NCBI GenBank assembly: GCA_017540905.1
Contig: JAFYAC010000097.1
Span: 8,383-72,382, forward strand
Direction of reading: 5' to 3'
Length of the DNA stretch: 64,000 bases
From: Kiritimatiellia bacterium
Lineage (GTDB): Bacteria; Verrucomicrobiota; Kiritimatiellia; CAIQIC01; Lenti-01
The notes beneath the pieces are model-generated. The model saw nothing but the letters and a program-made list of their open reading frames with translations, ran no database searches and was not told the origin of the DNA. The position numbers were made by a program, and so were the translations under genes. Shown here piece by piece: positions 1-7,877 of this stretch (positions are counted from its first letter, which is position 1; each line of letters starts with the position of its first letter).

Positions 1-87
1 TTTCCGTAATCTCCCATCCAGCGGCGCGGCTGGAAGCCGCACCTCCAGAAGTCGCGCGATGCTTGTTCGGAAGGTGTTGCGCCGCTT
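1..87. repeat. Dispersed about 87-bp intergenic repeat, copy A (cut by the window edge)
   Basis: 1-87 aligns with 606-692 with only a few mismatches by eye. It opens with TTTCCGTAATCTCC and carries the 23-nt unit GCGCGGCTGGAAGCCGCACCTCC at 24-46 (core GCGGC-TGGAA-GCCGC can form a hairpin). An inverted variant of that unit lies at 88-113. Confidence 0.75.
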
Positions 88-206
88 CCGGAGGTGCGGC
101 ATCCTGCCGCGCCCTGGCGGATGGAGCGCGGCAGGGAAAGAGACAACCTGGACAACTCGGGACAACCCTGAATGCTGATCAGATGAGGGTTTTCCCTTGA
201 GGAAGG

Positions 207-400
207 GGCCCGCGGCGCGAAACACGGAGCGAGCGGAGGACGGAGACACGGAGAGGTTTTGAATGGGGTGTTTGTTGGAGGAGCCTTCGCACCCGGAAAA
301 CGCAGGACAAACACTGGGTCGGCCGTTTTTGGACGCGCGAAGCTCCTCCCTGCAAAATCTCCGTGTCTCCTTCCTCCGCGCGCTCCGTGTTCTGCGCCGC
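207..400. repeat. Inverted pair of an about 42-50-bp dispersed repeat (arms 207-256 and 359-400)
   Basis: The reverse complement of 359-400 (CTCCGTGTCTCCTTCCTCCGCGCGCTCCGTGTTCTGCGCCGC) matches 211-252 with a few mismatches. The same family recurs at 7778-7827 and 23610-23659. Confidence 0.7.
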
Positions 401-467
401 AGGCAGAAGAGAAAGGAGAGCGAGAGGGATTGTCCCATGTGAGGACGGAGGTGATCTGATCGGCATT

Positions 468-510
468 TGGGACAACCCTTTCAAGCTGCGCCGCCCCAAC
501 CGGGCAGCGG
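468..510. repeat. Uninterrupted copy of the GGGACAAC..CTTTCAAG.TGCGCCGCCC.AACCGGGC repeat
   Basis: TTTGGGACAACCCTTTCAAGCTGCGCCGCCCCAACCGGGCAGCGG matches the sequence obtained by joining 36631-36646 to 38228-38255. It therefore serves as the empty-site reference for the IS insertion. Confidence 0.7.
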
Positions 511-605
511 ATGGAAAACGGATGAAAAGGCGCGTGGATTCTGGGGGCGCTGGCGTCCCGCCCGCGGGGTGCTTGGAGATTGAAAATGGCCGAAATGTCC
601 ATGTT

Positions 606-692
606 TTTCCACAATCTCCCCTCCAGCGGCGCGGCTGGAAGCCGCACCTCCGGAAGTCGCGCAATGCTTGTTCGGAAGGTCTTGCGCCGCTT
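606..692. repeat. Dispersed about 87-bp intergenic repeat, copy B
   Basis: Near-identical to 1-87. The 23-nt hairpin unit lies at 629-651 and a further variant unit at 706-728. Confidence 0.75.
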
Positions 693-772
693 GTCCAAGT
701 CCATGGCGCGGCTGAAAGCCGCACCTCCCAGGTCGGTCTCCCGGGGACAGCCACAGTATTTCTTGCGCTGTT

Positions 773-1675
773 CTAGCGCAGCCCCAGCCGCTTGAGCCAG
801 GTGCGGAAGTCGTGCGGGAGGGGGGAGGTCGCCTGCAAGGGGGCGCGGGTGGCCGGGTGCAGGAAGCGGAGGTCGGCGGCGTGGAGGAGCTGGCGGGGGA
901 CTTCCTGGAAATCGGTGGTGCGCGTGGTGAAGTACTGGCGGTCGCCCAGGACGGGCGTGCCGGTGCCGTGGAGGTGGATGCGGATCTGGTGGGTGCGGCC
1001 GGTCTCGATGCCGACCGTCACGTGGGCGGCCTTCGGCGCGCGCGGGCGGGCGGAGACGACGTGGACGTGGCTCACCGCCGCCTTGCCGTCGATGCGTTCG
1101 CGGATGTCGTAGTCGGTCTCGGAGGGAACGCCGGCGACGAGGGCGTGGTAGAGTTTGCGGACGTCGCCGTTCTCGAATTCGGCGACGAGGGCGCGGCGGG
1201 TTTCTTCGTCCTTGGCGAAGAGGACGCAGCCGGTGGTGTCTTTGTCGAGCCGGTGGACGGCGCGCAGGGACGGGAGGGCCAGCTGCCCGCGGAGGCGGGT
1301 TTCGAGGGATTTGGGTCCGTTGGTCAGGAGGGCGGGGGGCTTGTCGGCGACCAGGAAATGCGGGTCGTCGAGAAGGATGCGGATGGGCGGCGGCGGGGTG
1401 GCGGAGGGGACGTCCTTGGGGACGGCGCCGGGGAGGAGTTCGACGGTGTCGCGGGTCTGCAGCAGGTGGCGGGCCATCCAGATACGGCGGCCGTTGACGA
1501 AGACGAGGCGGTCGTCGAGGAGGGCCTTGGCGGCGCGCCGGGAGCAGGAGAGGGCTTCCGCCAGGTATTCCTGGAGTTCGACGCCGTTGCGGCGCGGAGC
1601 GGGGAGGCGGCGGAGGTGTCCGTCGCCCGCGGGCTTTCCGGGCGCGCCGCCCGCCGCTGGTCGCCGCGACCTCAC
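773..1675 (-). CDS. RluA/RluD-family 23S rRNA pseudouridine synthase with an N-terminal S4-like domain
   Basis: The C-terminal about 270 aa of track ORF 773..2941 carries HRLDKDTTGCVLFAK, the GRTHQIRIHL motif and an S4-like LVFVNGRR segment. The upstream part of that ORF is a shadow of the nfnB-like gene. The only in-frame start before the S4 region is GTG at 1673-1675, which overlaps the upstream stop. Confidence 0.8.
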   Translation of the reverse strand: MRSRRPAAGGAPGKPAGDGHLRRLPAPRRNGVELQEYLAEALSCSRRAAKALLDDRLVFVNGRRIWMARHLLQTRDTVELLPGAVPKDVPSATPPPPIRILLDDPHFLVADKPPALLTNGPKSLETRLRGQLALPSLRAVHRLDKDTTGCVLFAKDEETRRALVAEFENGDVRKLYHALVAGVPSETDYDIRERIDGKAAVSHVHVVSARPRAPKAAHVTVGIETGRTHQIRIHLHGTGTPVLGDRQYFTTRTTDFQEVPRQLLHAADLRFLHPATRAPLQATSPLPHDFRTWLKRLGLR

Positions 1676-3081
1676 TGGGCGAGGAGGCGGTTGATGGCGG
1701 CGGCGGCCTTGCGGCCTTCGCCCATGGCCAGGATGACGGTGGCGGCGCCGAGGACGATGTCGCCGCCCGCGAAGACGCGCGGCAGGCTGGTCTGGCCGTT
1801 TTCGTCGGCGACGATGTGGCCTTTGGCGTCGGTTTCGAGGCCGGGGGTGGTCGCCTTGATGAGCGGGTTGGAGCCGTTGCCGACGGCGACGATGACGGCG
1901 TCGACCGGCATGGTGTATTCGCTGCCGGGGATGGCGACGGGACGCCGCCGGCCGCTGGCGTCGGGTTCGCCCAGTTCGTAGCGGAGGCACTCGATGGCAT
2001 TCACGCGGCCGCCTTCGCCCAGGATGCGCTTGGCGTTGACGAGCATGTGGAACTGGACGCCTTCTTCCTTGGCGTGGTGGACTTCTTCGGCGCGCGCGGG
2101 CATCTCGACTTCGGTGCGGCGGTAGATGAGGTGCACTTCCTCGGCGCCGAGCCGCAGGGCGGTGCGCGCGGCGTCCATGGCGACGTTGCCGCCGCCGAGG
2201 ACGGCGACGCGCCTGGCGGCCGCCATGGGGGTGTCGGCGTGGGCGGTGTCGTAGGCTTTCATGAGGTTCGAGCGGGTGAGGTATTCGTTGGCGGAGTAGA
2301 CGCCGACGAGGTTCTCGCCCTCGATGTCCATGAACTTGGGCAGCCCGGCTCCGGTGCCGACGAACACGGCGTCGAAGCCGTCCTTGTCGAGCAGGTCGGT
2401 GAGCTTGCGGGTGCGGCCGACGACGTAGTTGGTGCGGATTTCGACGCCCATCGCGGCGAGGTTGTCGAGCTCGGCCTGCACGATGGCCTTGGGCAGGCGG
2501 AACTCGGGGATGCCGTACACCAGCACGCCGCCCGCCTTGTGGAAGGCCTCGAACATGACGACTTCGTGCCCGGCCCGGCGCACGTCGGCCGCCACCGTGA
2601 TGGACGCCGGCCCGCTGCCCACCACCGCCACGCGCTTGCCGGTCGGCGGCGCGATCACGGGCGCGGGCTGGGAGCCGGTGGCGCGGCCGAGGTCGGCGCA
2701 GTAGCGCTCGACGCGGCCGATGGCGACGGCCTTGTTGACGTCCTTGAGGGCCTTGCCCATCGTGCAGTTCTTCTGGCACTGCTTCTCCTGCGGGCATACG
2801 CGGCCGCACACGGCGGGGAGCAGGCTCGTCTCGCGGATGATGCCCAGCGCGCCGGCGAAGTCGCCTTCGGCCGCCGCCGCCAGGAACTCGGGGATGCGGA
2901 TCGCCACAGGGCAACCCGCCACGCACGGCGCGTTCTTGCACTGGAGGCAGCGGGAGGCTTCGAGGCGGGCCTGTTCGGCGGTGTAGCCGAGGGCGACCTC
3001 CTTCATGTTGCGCCGCCGCTCGTCCGCCGGCTGCTCGGGCATCGCCTGCGGGGGAATCGCCATCTTCTCTTTCGGGGTCAT
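1672..3081 (-). CDS. NADPH-dependent glutamate synthase small-chain homolog (NfnB / SudA type FAD, NAD(P) and Fe-S oxidoreductase)
   Basis: 469 aa. It has an N-terminal Cys cluster (CLQCKNAPCVAGCP), two dinucleotide-binding GxGxxG sites (VVGSGPAS, VLGGGNVA) and a GltD-like C-terminus. It is paired with the PyrK-like subunit upstream. Confidence 0.88.
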   Translation of the reverse strand: MTPKEKMAIPPQAMPEQPADERRRNMKEVALGYTAEQARLEASRCLQCKNAPCVAGCPVAIRIPEFLAAAAEGDFAGALGIIRETSLLPAVCGRVCPQEKQCQKNCTMGKALKDVNKAVAIGRVERYCADLGRATGSQPAPVIAPPTGKRVAVVGSGPASITVAADVRRAGHEVVMFEAFHKAGGVLVYGIPEFRLPKAIVQAELDNLAAMGVEIRTNYVVGRTRKLTDLLDKDGFDAVFVGTGAGLPKFMDIEGENLVGVYSANEYLTRSNLMKAYDTAHADTPMAAARRVAVLGGGNVAMDAARTALRLGAEEVHLIYRRTEVEMPARAEEVHHAKEEGVQFHMLVNAKRILGEGGRVNAIECLRYELGEPDASGRRRPVAIPGSEYTMPVDAVIVAVGNGSNPLIKATTPGLETDAKGHIVADENGQTSLPRVFAGGDIVLGAATVILAMGEGRKAAAAINRLLAQ

Positions 3082-3094
3082 GGATGCGCCTCCT

Positions 3095-3952
3095 CTATTC
3101 CTTCAAGCCCTTGGCAACCGCCTCCGCGTGGAAGCGGCAGTGCTCGTCCGCGATGCGCTCCTGCGCCTTGAAGGCGCCCAGGCGCGACATCATCTGGTCG
3201 AAGTCCACCTGGTGGCCGTCGAATTCCGGCCCGTCCACGCACACGAACTTCGTCTCGCCGCCCACCGATACGCGGCAACCTCCGCACATGCCCGTGCCGT
3301 CGATCATGATCGTGTTGAGGCTGACGACCGTCTTGACGCCGTACGGCTGCGTCGTCTTCGCGCAGAACTTCATCATGATGGGCGGGCCGATGGCGACCGC
3401 CAGGTCCGGCGGCGGCATCTGCTCGCACAGCTCCTTCAGGGGGGCCGTGACGAGGTCCTTGCGGCCGTACGAGCCGTCGTCCGTGCAGACGATCACCTCG
3501 TCCGCGATCGCGCGCATCTCGGGCTCCAGGATGACCAGGTCCTTCGTGCGCGCGCCGATGATGACGACCAGCTTGTTGCCCGCCGCCTTCATGCCCTGCG
3601 CGATGGGGTACAGCGGCGCGACGCCGATGCCGCCGCCCACGCACACCACCGTGCCGAACTTCTCGATGTGCGTCGGACGGCCCAGCGGACCGACAAGGTT
3701 CTCGATGGAGTCGCCGTCGCGCAGAGCCGCGAGCTTGCGCGTGGTGGCGCCGACGACCTGGAAAATCAGCGTGACAGTCCCCGCCCGCTCGTCCGCGTCG
3801 GCGATGGTCAGGGGGATGCGCTCGCCGAACTCGGTGTCGAGCTGCAGGATGATGAACTGCCCCGGCTTGCGCTCGCGGGCGATTTCGGGCGCTTCGACGA
3901 CCAGGCGGTAGACGTCCTGGGAGAGCTGCTGTTTCTGGATGATCTTGTTCAT
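3095..3952 (-). CDS. Ferredoxin-NADP reductase-like small subunit (NfnA / SudB; PyrK-like FAD/NAD and 2Fe-2S protein)
   Basis: Starts at MNKIIQKQ (ATG 3950-3952). It has an FNR-like fold sequence and a C-terminal CGGC..C cluster (GMCGGCRVSVGGETKFVCVDGP). It lies 14 nt upstream of the nfnB-like gene. Confidence 0.85.
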   Translation of the reverse strand: MNKIIQKQQLSQDVYRLVVEAPEIARERKPGQFIILQLDTEFGERIPLTIADADERAGTVTLIFQVVGATTRKLAALRDGDSIENLVGPLGRPTHIEKFGTVVCVGGGIGVAPLYPIAQGMKAAGNKLVVIIGARTKDLVILEPEMRAIADEVIVCTDDGSYGRKDLVTAPLKELCEQMPPPDLAVAIGPPIMMKFCAKTTQPYGVKTVVSLNTIMIDGTGMCGGCRVSVGGETKFVCVDGPEFDGHQVDFDQMMSRLGAFKAQERIADEHCRFHAEAVAKGLKE

Positions 3953-4096
3953 GGCACACTCCACGTTGCGCGGCCCCGCCACGGGGCCGCCTTCCCGACT
4001 GTTGTACCGCAATCCCCCCCGGTTGGCCAATCCCATATTGCGGCCGTTCCGCTTTGGCACTTCCGTCCGTCCCTCCCTACCCCGCCCGGGCGGTTC

Positions 4097-4309
4097 TCAG
4101 AGCCCGACGGCCTTCTTGCCGATGGCGGTCAGCCCGCCGGCGGTGTCCGCCCCGTGCTGGGAAATGGCATTGAGCGAGCTGTAGTCGCCGACGCCGACCC
4201 ACCCGGCCTTGACGCCGACGTAGCCGTAGAGCCACAGCCCGGCCAGCACCAGCAGCGCAACGCCGACGACGGTCGGCAGAATCTTCTTGAGCAACAATTT
4301 GGTCATCAT
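4097..4309 (-). CDS. Small membrane protein, function unknown
   Basis: 70 aa with one clear hydrophobic helix (ILPTVVGVALLVLAGLWLYGYV). AGAGGA lies 6 nt upstream of the ATG. Confidence 0.55.
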   Translation of the reverse strand: MMTKLLLKKILPTVVGVALLVLAGLWLYGYVGVKAGWVGVGDYSSLNAISQHGADTAGGLTAIGKKAVGL

Positions 4310-4496
4310 GGCGTTTCCTCTTATCGGTTATCCATGTCCCGCATTCTGCCGTCCGGGCCGCCCGCGGTCAAGCGCGGGATTGAGGCAGGACGTTCATGGG
4401 GTGGAACATGGGTGGAATCAAATGAAAATGACAGTGTTTCCCGTAATCTCGCGACTTGGCGGCGCACGCGTTCCGGGGGAGATGGATGGGGGGGGG

Positions 4497-4519
4497 AAAA
4501 AAGGGCGGGGGCGCCCCCG
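4497..4519 (-). terminator. Putative intrinsic terminator after the 4528-7263 gene
   Basis: The palindrome CGGGGGCGCCCCCG (4506-4519) is followed on the minus strand by a run of six T (plus-strand AAAAAA at 4497-4502). Confidence 0.4.
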
Positions 4520-4527
4520 GGACGGGA

Positions 4528-7263
4528 TCAGTAGGGCGTCACGCGGATGTCGCTCAGGAAAATCCCGAGCCGACGGTCGTCCGGGATGCCGTGGGCGGAG
4601 GGCCGCCAGGTGTCGGTCTCGATGGTCAGCAGGTTGGGCTCGGCCAGCAACGCGCACGGGATGCGCCACGCCTGTCCGCCGTCGGCCGCTTCCACCTCCA
4701 GCGGGGTTCCGTTCAGCGCCAACGCCGGTTCCGCCGGCGGGACGCTTCCCGGCCGGTGCTGCAAATACGTCAATTCAATCCGGTAATCCCGGGTCCCGCC
4801 GATCGGCAGGTACACTTCCGACTTCCCTTTGGTCCAGCGGCCGTGGTCGGGGGTGTCCGCACGCTCCCGCGCGTAGAAGCCTTCGCCCAGGTACACGCTG
4901 TCGCTGGAATCGCCGATGCGAATGTGCAGGGATTCCACCTCCGGCCGGGGATGCACCGTCAGCCCCCAAATCTGGATGTTGGCATGGCGCGGGTTGCCCA
5001 GCAGCTCCTTGGGGAAGTCCACCTTGCATTCCGCATGGATGCGCAGGACGCGGGGCGACCGCGGCAGGGCCTTGAACTCGAAGTGGAAGGTCTGGGGGGA
5101 GGACAGGAAGGGCTTGCCGGCGGTCACCGGCGCGATTTCCGGGAATTCCGGCAACGTGAGGGTGAGGTCCAGTCGGCCCTCGGGGTCGTGGTACACGGTC
5201 GCCAGGATGAAGTCGAAGGCGTAATCCGCATTGGACTCCCCCAGCCCCTCCGGCAGGCGGATTTCGCCGTCCCCGCGGAATTCCCGCATGTTGACGGGCG
5301 CCTTCCAGTACGGGAATTCGCGGTCCGCGTCGATCTTCCCGTCGTATTCGTGGAACTCCTCCGACAGGTAGGACGCGGCGGATTTCACCAGGCGGGCGCC
5401 GAATTCCATCACGAGCGGCTCGTCCGGATTGAGCCATTCAGGGCAGAAGTCGTCCGGGATCGGCCCGTCGGCCTCGATGCGAAGCTCGAACATCCCGTCC
5501 TCCCCGGGGTTCCTGAACCATTCCCGGGGGACGGCCAGGTACTGGTAGCCCGACGACAGCGGCCCTTCCAGCGGCCGCCCGTCCACGCTCGCGCGCGGGG
5601 AAGCCGCGGCCGCGCCTTCCGGCACGTCCAGGCGAAGGAGGGCGCAGGCAGGGACAGGCAATTGCAGCGCGGACCCCGGCGGCGGGGGCAGGCGGTGCAC
5701 GGCCTCCCGCTGCGGCCAGCGCACGACGCGCCGGAGCCGGTAGCGGCTGTGGCCCAGCGCGAAATTGCTGTCGGGGACGTCCTTGAACCATCCCCACCGA
5801 TCCAGGAGGCGGTTGGCGGGGAGCCCCGTCTCCGCCCAGTGCAGCCCCGCCTCGTTGAGCGGCAGCGCGAACGCCAGCGGGGGCTCCCGCACGCAGTCGC
5901 CCACGTTCCCGAGCTCCACTTCCACCGTCGGCCAGTCCGTGAACACCTGGACCACTTCGTGCAGGTAACGCGCCCGCGCGTCCAGCAGCAGCGGCCGGTC
6001 TTCCCCCACGCACGGGGCGATCGCTTCCAGCGTCCGTTCCACGTCCGCCCGCGTGGCCTGCACGCCCCACGGCCGGCACTTGGCGATGACCGTTGCTCCC
6101 CATCCCGCCATCAGCACCCATACCGCGATCCGGCCCACCGTCCCGGCGCGCGCCAGCCAGCGCCCGGGCACGCCGAGGCGGCCGGCGGCGTTCCGCGCGA
6201 ACCGCCCGGCGGCCAGGGCCGCCCCGCAGGCGCCCAGCATGGCCACCGGGGCGAGGAAGAACAGCGTGGACAGGAAGAAGCGGCGGTGCGCCTTGATCAT
6301 GCCGTCGAACAGCAGGTACGACAGCGCCGGCACCAGGAACAGCAGCAGGTACCCCCGGTTGCGCCGCCGCACCGACAGGGCGATGCCCAGCAGCAATGCG
6401 GCGAACCAGCACCATCCCAGCTCCTCCGGGATCCACGCCATCATCTGGAACAGCGGGAAAACCTCGCGCTCTGGCAGGTAATCGCAGAAGATGTGCGGCA
6501 GCAGCTCCAGCAGGTACCCCACCTGGGCGCTCCCCCCGAACAACCCCAGCCACCAGCCCGCCGCCAGCGCCAGCACGCCCGCCACCCCCAGGCCGGCGAA
6601 AATCCCCGCCAGCAACCAGCGGCCGCGTCCCTGTCCCCCTTCGCCGGGCTCCCCGATCCACCCCGCCGCGTCCGCCAGCAGGTACAGGCCCATCGCCGGC
6701 AGCATCAGCACGCCCGTCTCCCGGACCAACACTCCGGCCGCCACCCATGCCAGCGATCCGGAAAACCACCCCACGGCCGCCCACGGCCGCCCCTCCGCGC
6801 GCCGCGCAACGGCCCGCTCGACGAACAACAGCGCCAGGGTCGCCGTCAGGTAGATCGGCGTTTGCCGGAACGCCCACAGCAGGAAGTGCGCGTTGTACGG
6901 GCATCCACCCAGCAGCAGCAGCGCCGAGCCCGCGCCCACGGCCGCCCCCATGCCGCGGCTCCGCGACAGGTGGCCCGCCAACACCCCCAGGAACCCCGCC
7001 AGCAGCACGAACAGCGGCACGTTGGTCCAGAAGGCGGCGTACGGCCCGCCCACCTTCATCACCCCCGCCAGCACCAGCGGCCAGCCCGGCACCACCAGCC
7101 CCCCGTTCCCGCCGCCCGCGCCCCCGTGCAGCAACTGCTTGGCCAGCAGCAGGAAGGTCCGCGGATCCTGCCCCGTCGCGTACGTGTGGATCCTCGAATA
7201 CGCCCACAGCGTCCCGGCCGCCAACAACCCCCAGTACAAAATCCTTTGCCAGTGTCTCTTCAT
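4528..7263 (-). CDS. Polytopic membrane protein, GT-C (ArnT/PMT-like) N-terminal half plus a large C-terminal soluble domain; paralog 1
   Basis: 911 aa. The N-terminal about 440 aa are multi-helix hydrophobic with an early TGQDP..LLLAK motif resembling GT-C glycosyltransferases. It is roughly 70% identical by eye to the next gene over the N-terminus. Confidence 0.65.
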   Translation of the reverse strand: MKRHWQRILYWGLLAAGTLWAYSRIHTYATGQDPRTFLLLAKQLLHGGAGGGNGGLVVPGWPLVLAGVMKVGGPYAAFWTNVPLFVLLAGFLGVLAGHLSRSRGMGAAVGAGSALLLLGGCPYNAHFLLWAFRQTPIYLTATLALLFVERAVARRAEGRPWAAVGWFSGSLAWVAAGVLVRETGVLMLPAMGLYLLADAAGWIGEPGEGGQGRGRWLLAGIFAGLGVAGVLALAAGWWLGLFGGSAQVGYLLELLPHIFCDYLPEREVFPLFQMMAWIPEELGWCWFAALLLGIALSVRRRNRGYLLLFLVPALSYLLFDGMIKAHRRFFLSTLFFLAPVAMLGACGAALAAGRFARNAAGRLGVPGRWLARAGTVGRIAVWVLMAGWGATVIAKCRPWGVQATRADVERTLEAIAPCVGEDRPLLLDARARYLHEVVQVFTDWPTVEVELGNVGDCVREPPLAFALPLNEAGLHWAETGLPANRLLDRWGWFKDVPDSNFALGHSRYRLRRVVRWPQREAVHRLPPPPGSALQLPVPACALLRLDVPEGAAAASPRASVDGRPLEGPLSSGYQYLAVPREWFRNPGEDGMFELRIEADGPIPDDFCPEWLNPDEPLVMEFGARLVKSAASYLSEEFHEYDGKIDADREFPYWKAPVNMREFRGDGEIRLPEGLGESNADYAFDFILATVYHDPEGRLDLTLTLPEFPEIAPVTAGKPFLSSPQTFHFEFKALPRSPRVLRIHAECKVDFPKELLGNPRHANIQIWGLTVHPRPEVESLHIRIGDSSDSVYLGEGFYARERADTPDHGRWTKGKSEVYLPIGGTRDYRIELTYLQHRPGSVPPAEPALALNGTPLEVEAADGGQAWRIPCALLAEPNLLTIETDTWRPSAHGIPDDRRLGIFLSDIRVTPY

Positions 7264-7638
7264 TCTCCCACCCTAGCATGCGCCTTTTTCCCCTCCAAGC
7301 CTTTTCTGCGCCGGGAATGCGCCCGGCACGGAAAACCCGCCGAAGAATGAAGAAACAATGTAGCCCGGGCGGCGGGTGGCGGTGCGCCCTGCGGCCGGAC
7401 CGTGATTCCGTGGCGCGGCCGGGAAGCCGTCCCCCCCTCGTTGGATGGGGCCCAACCATGTGGCGACACACCCTCTCCGGAGTCAAGCGGCGGGGGGGCG
7501 GACGGAGATGTTTTCAAGAAGTGATAGCGCAACTGAAAGCGCATGTTTTCTTCGTGTTTTCCATAATCTCACGGCATGCATGGCGATGCGGGATTTCTTG
7601 GCCACGGAAAAAGAGGTTTGTGTTCCGGGAATTATAGC

Positions 7639-7736
7639 GGATTGTGACGATGGGGTTGGGACGACGGGGGCCGTATTCAGGGCATGGGGTGCGCGCAAGC
7701 ATCCCCCCCTCTTTGATCCTTGCATTCGCGGAATTC
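7639..7736. repeat. Dispersed repeat (GGATTGTGACGATGGGGTTGGG... family), uninterrupted copy
   Basis: 7639-7702 matches 26769-26832. Its tail CTTTGATCCTTGCATTCGCGGAATTC matches 27134-27158. Confidence 0.7.
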
Positions 7737-7777
7737 GGGAGACGCTTCCACTAACGCGGTTTCAGTTTTTCTAAAGC

Positions 7778-7827
7778 CCTCCGTGCTTCCTTCCTCCGTT
7801 CCCTCCGCGTTTCGCGCCGCGGGCCCG
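7778..7827. repeat. Copy of the CCTCCGTG..TCCTTCCTCCG..GTTTCGCGCCGCGGGCCCG repeat
   Basis: Matches 23610-23659 and the arms at 207-256 and 359-400. Confidence 0.65.
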
Positions 7828-7877
7828 TTCCCCCAAGGTCAATCCTTGGTCAGGATTGGCATCCGGGGAGGGCTCGT

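Noticed and set aside
24-728. Possible CRISPR array: the 23-nt unit GCGCGGCTGGAAGCCGCACCTCC seen four times
   Set aside because: Spacing is irregular (about 40, about 515 and about 55 nt). One unit is inverted and two are variants. The units are embedded in a larger 87-bp duplicated segment, and there are no cas genes. This looks like REP-like repeats, not CRISPR.
773-2941. Single 722-aa ORF spanning the pseudouridine synthase and most of the nfnB-like gene
   Set aside because: Only the last about 300 codons look like protein (RluA family). The rest is an alternative frame of the well-supported 1672..3081 gene. I truncated it to the GTG at 1675.
4456-7350. 964-aa plus-strand ORF, and likewise 5438..7486 (-), 7941..10082 (+), 8215..10581 (-), 15804..19364 (+), 18700..21552 (-), 10606..12363 (-), 13391..15493 (-), 55815..57527 upstream part, 58200..59801 (+), 59753..61123 (+), 61063..62871 (+)
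   Set aside because: Their translations are monotonous Arg/Pro/Gly/Ala strings with no motifs. They lie antisense or out of frame to genes with clear family signatures. These are typical stop-poor shadow ORFs of roughly 70% GC DNA.
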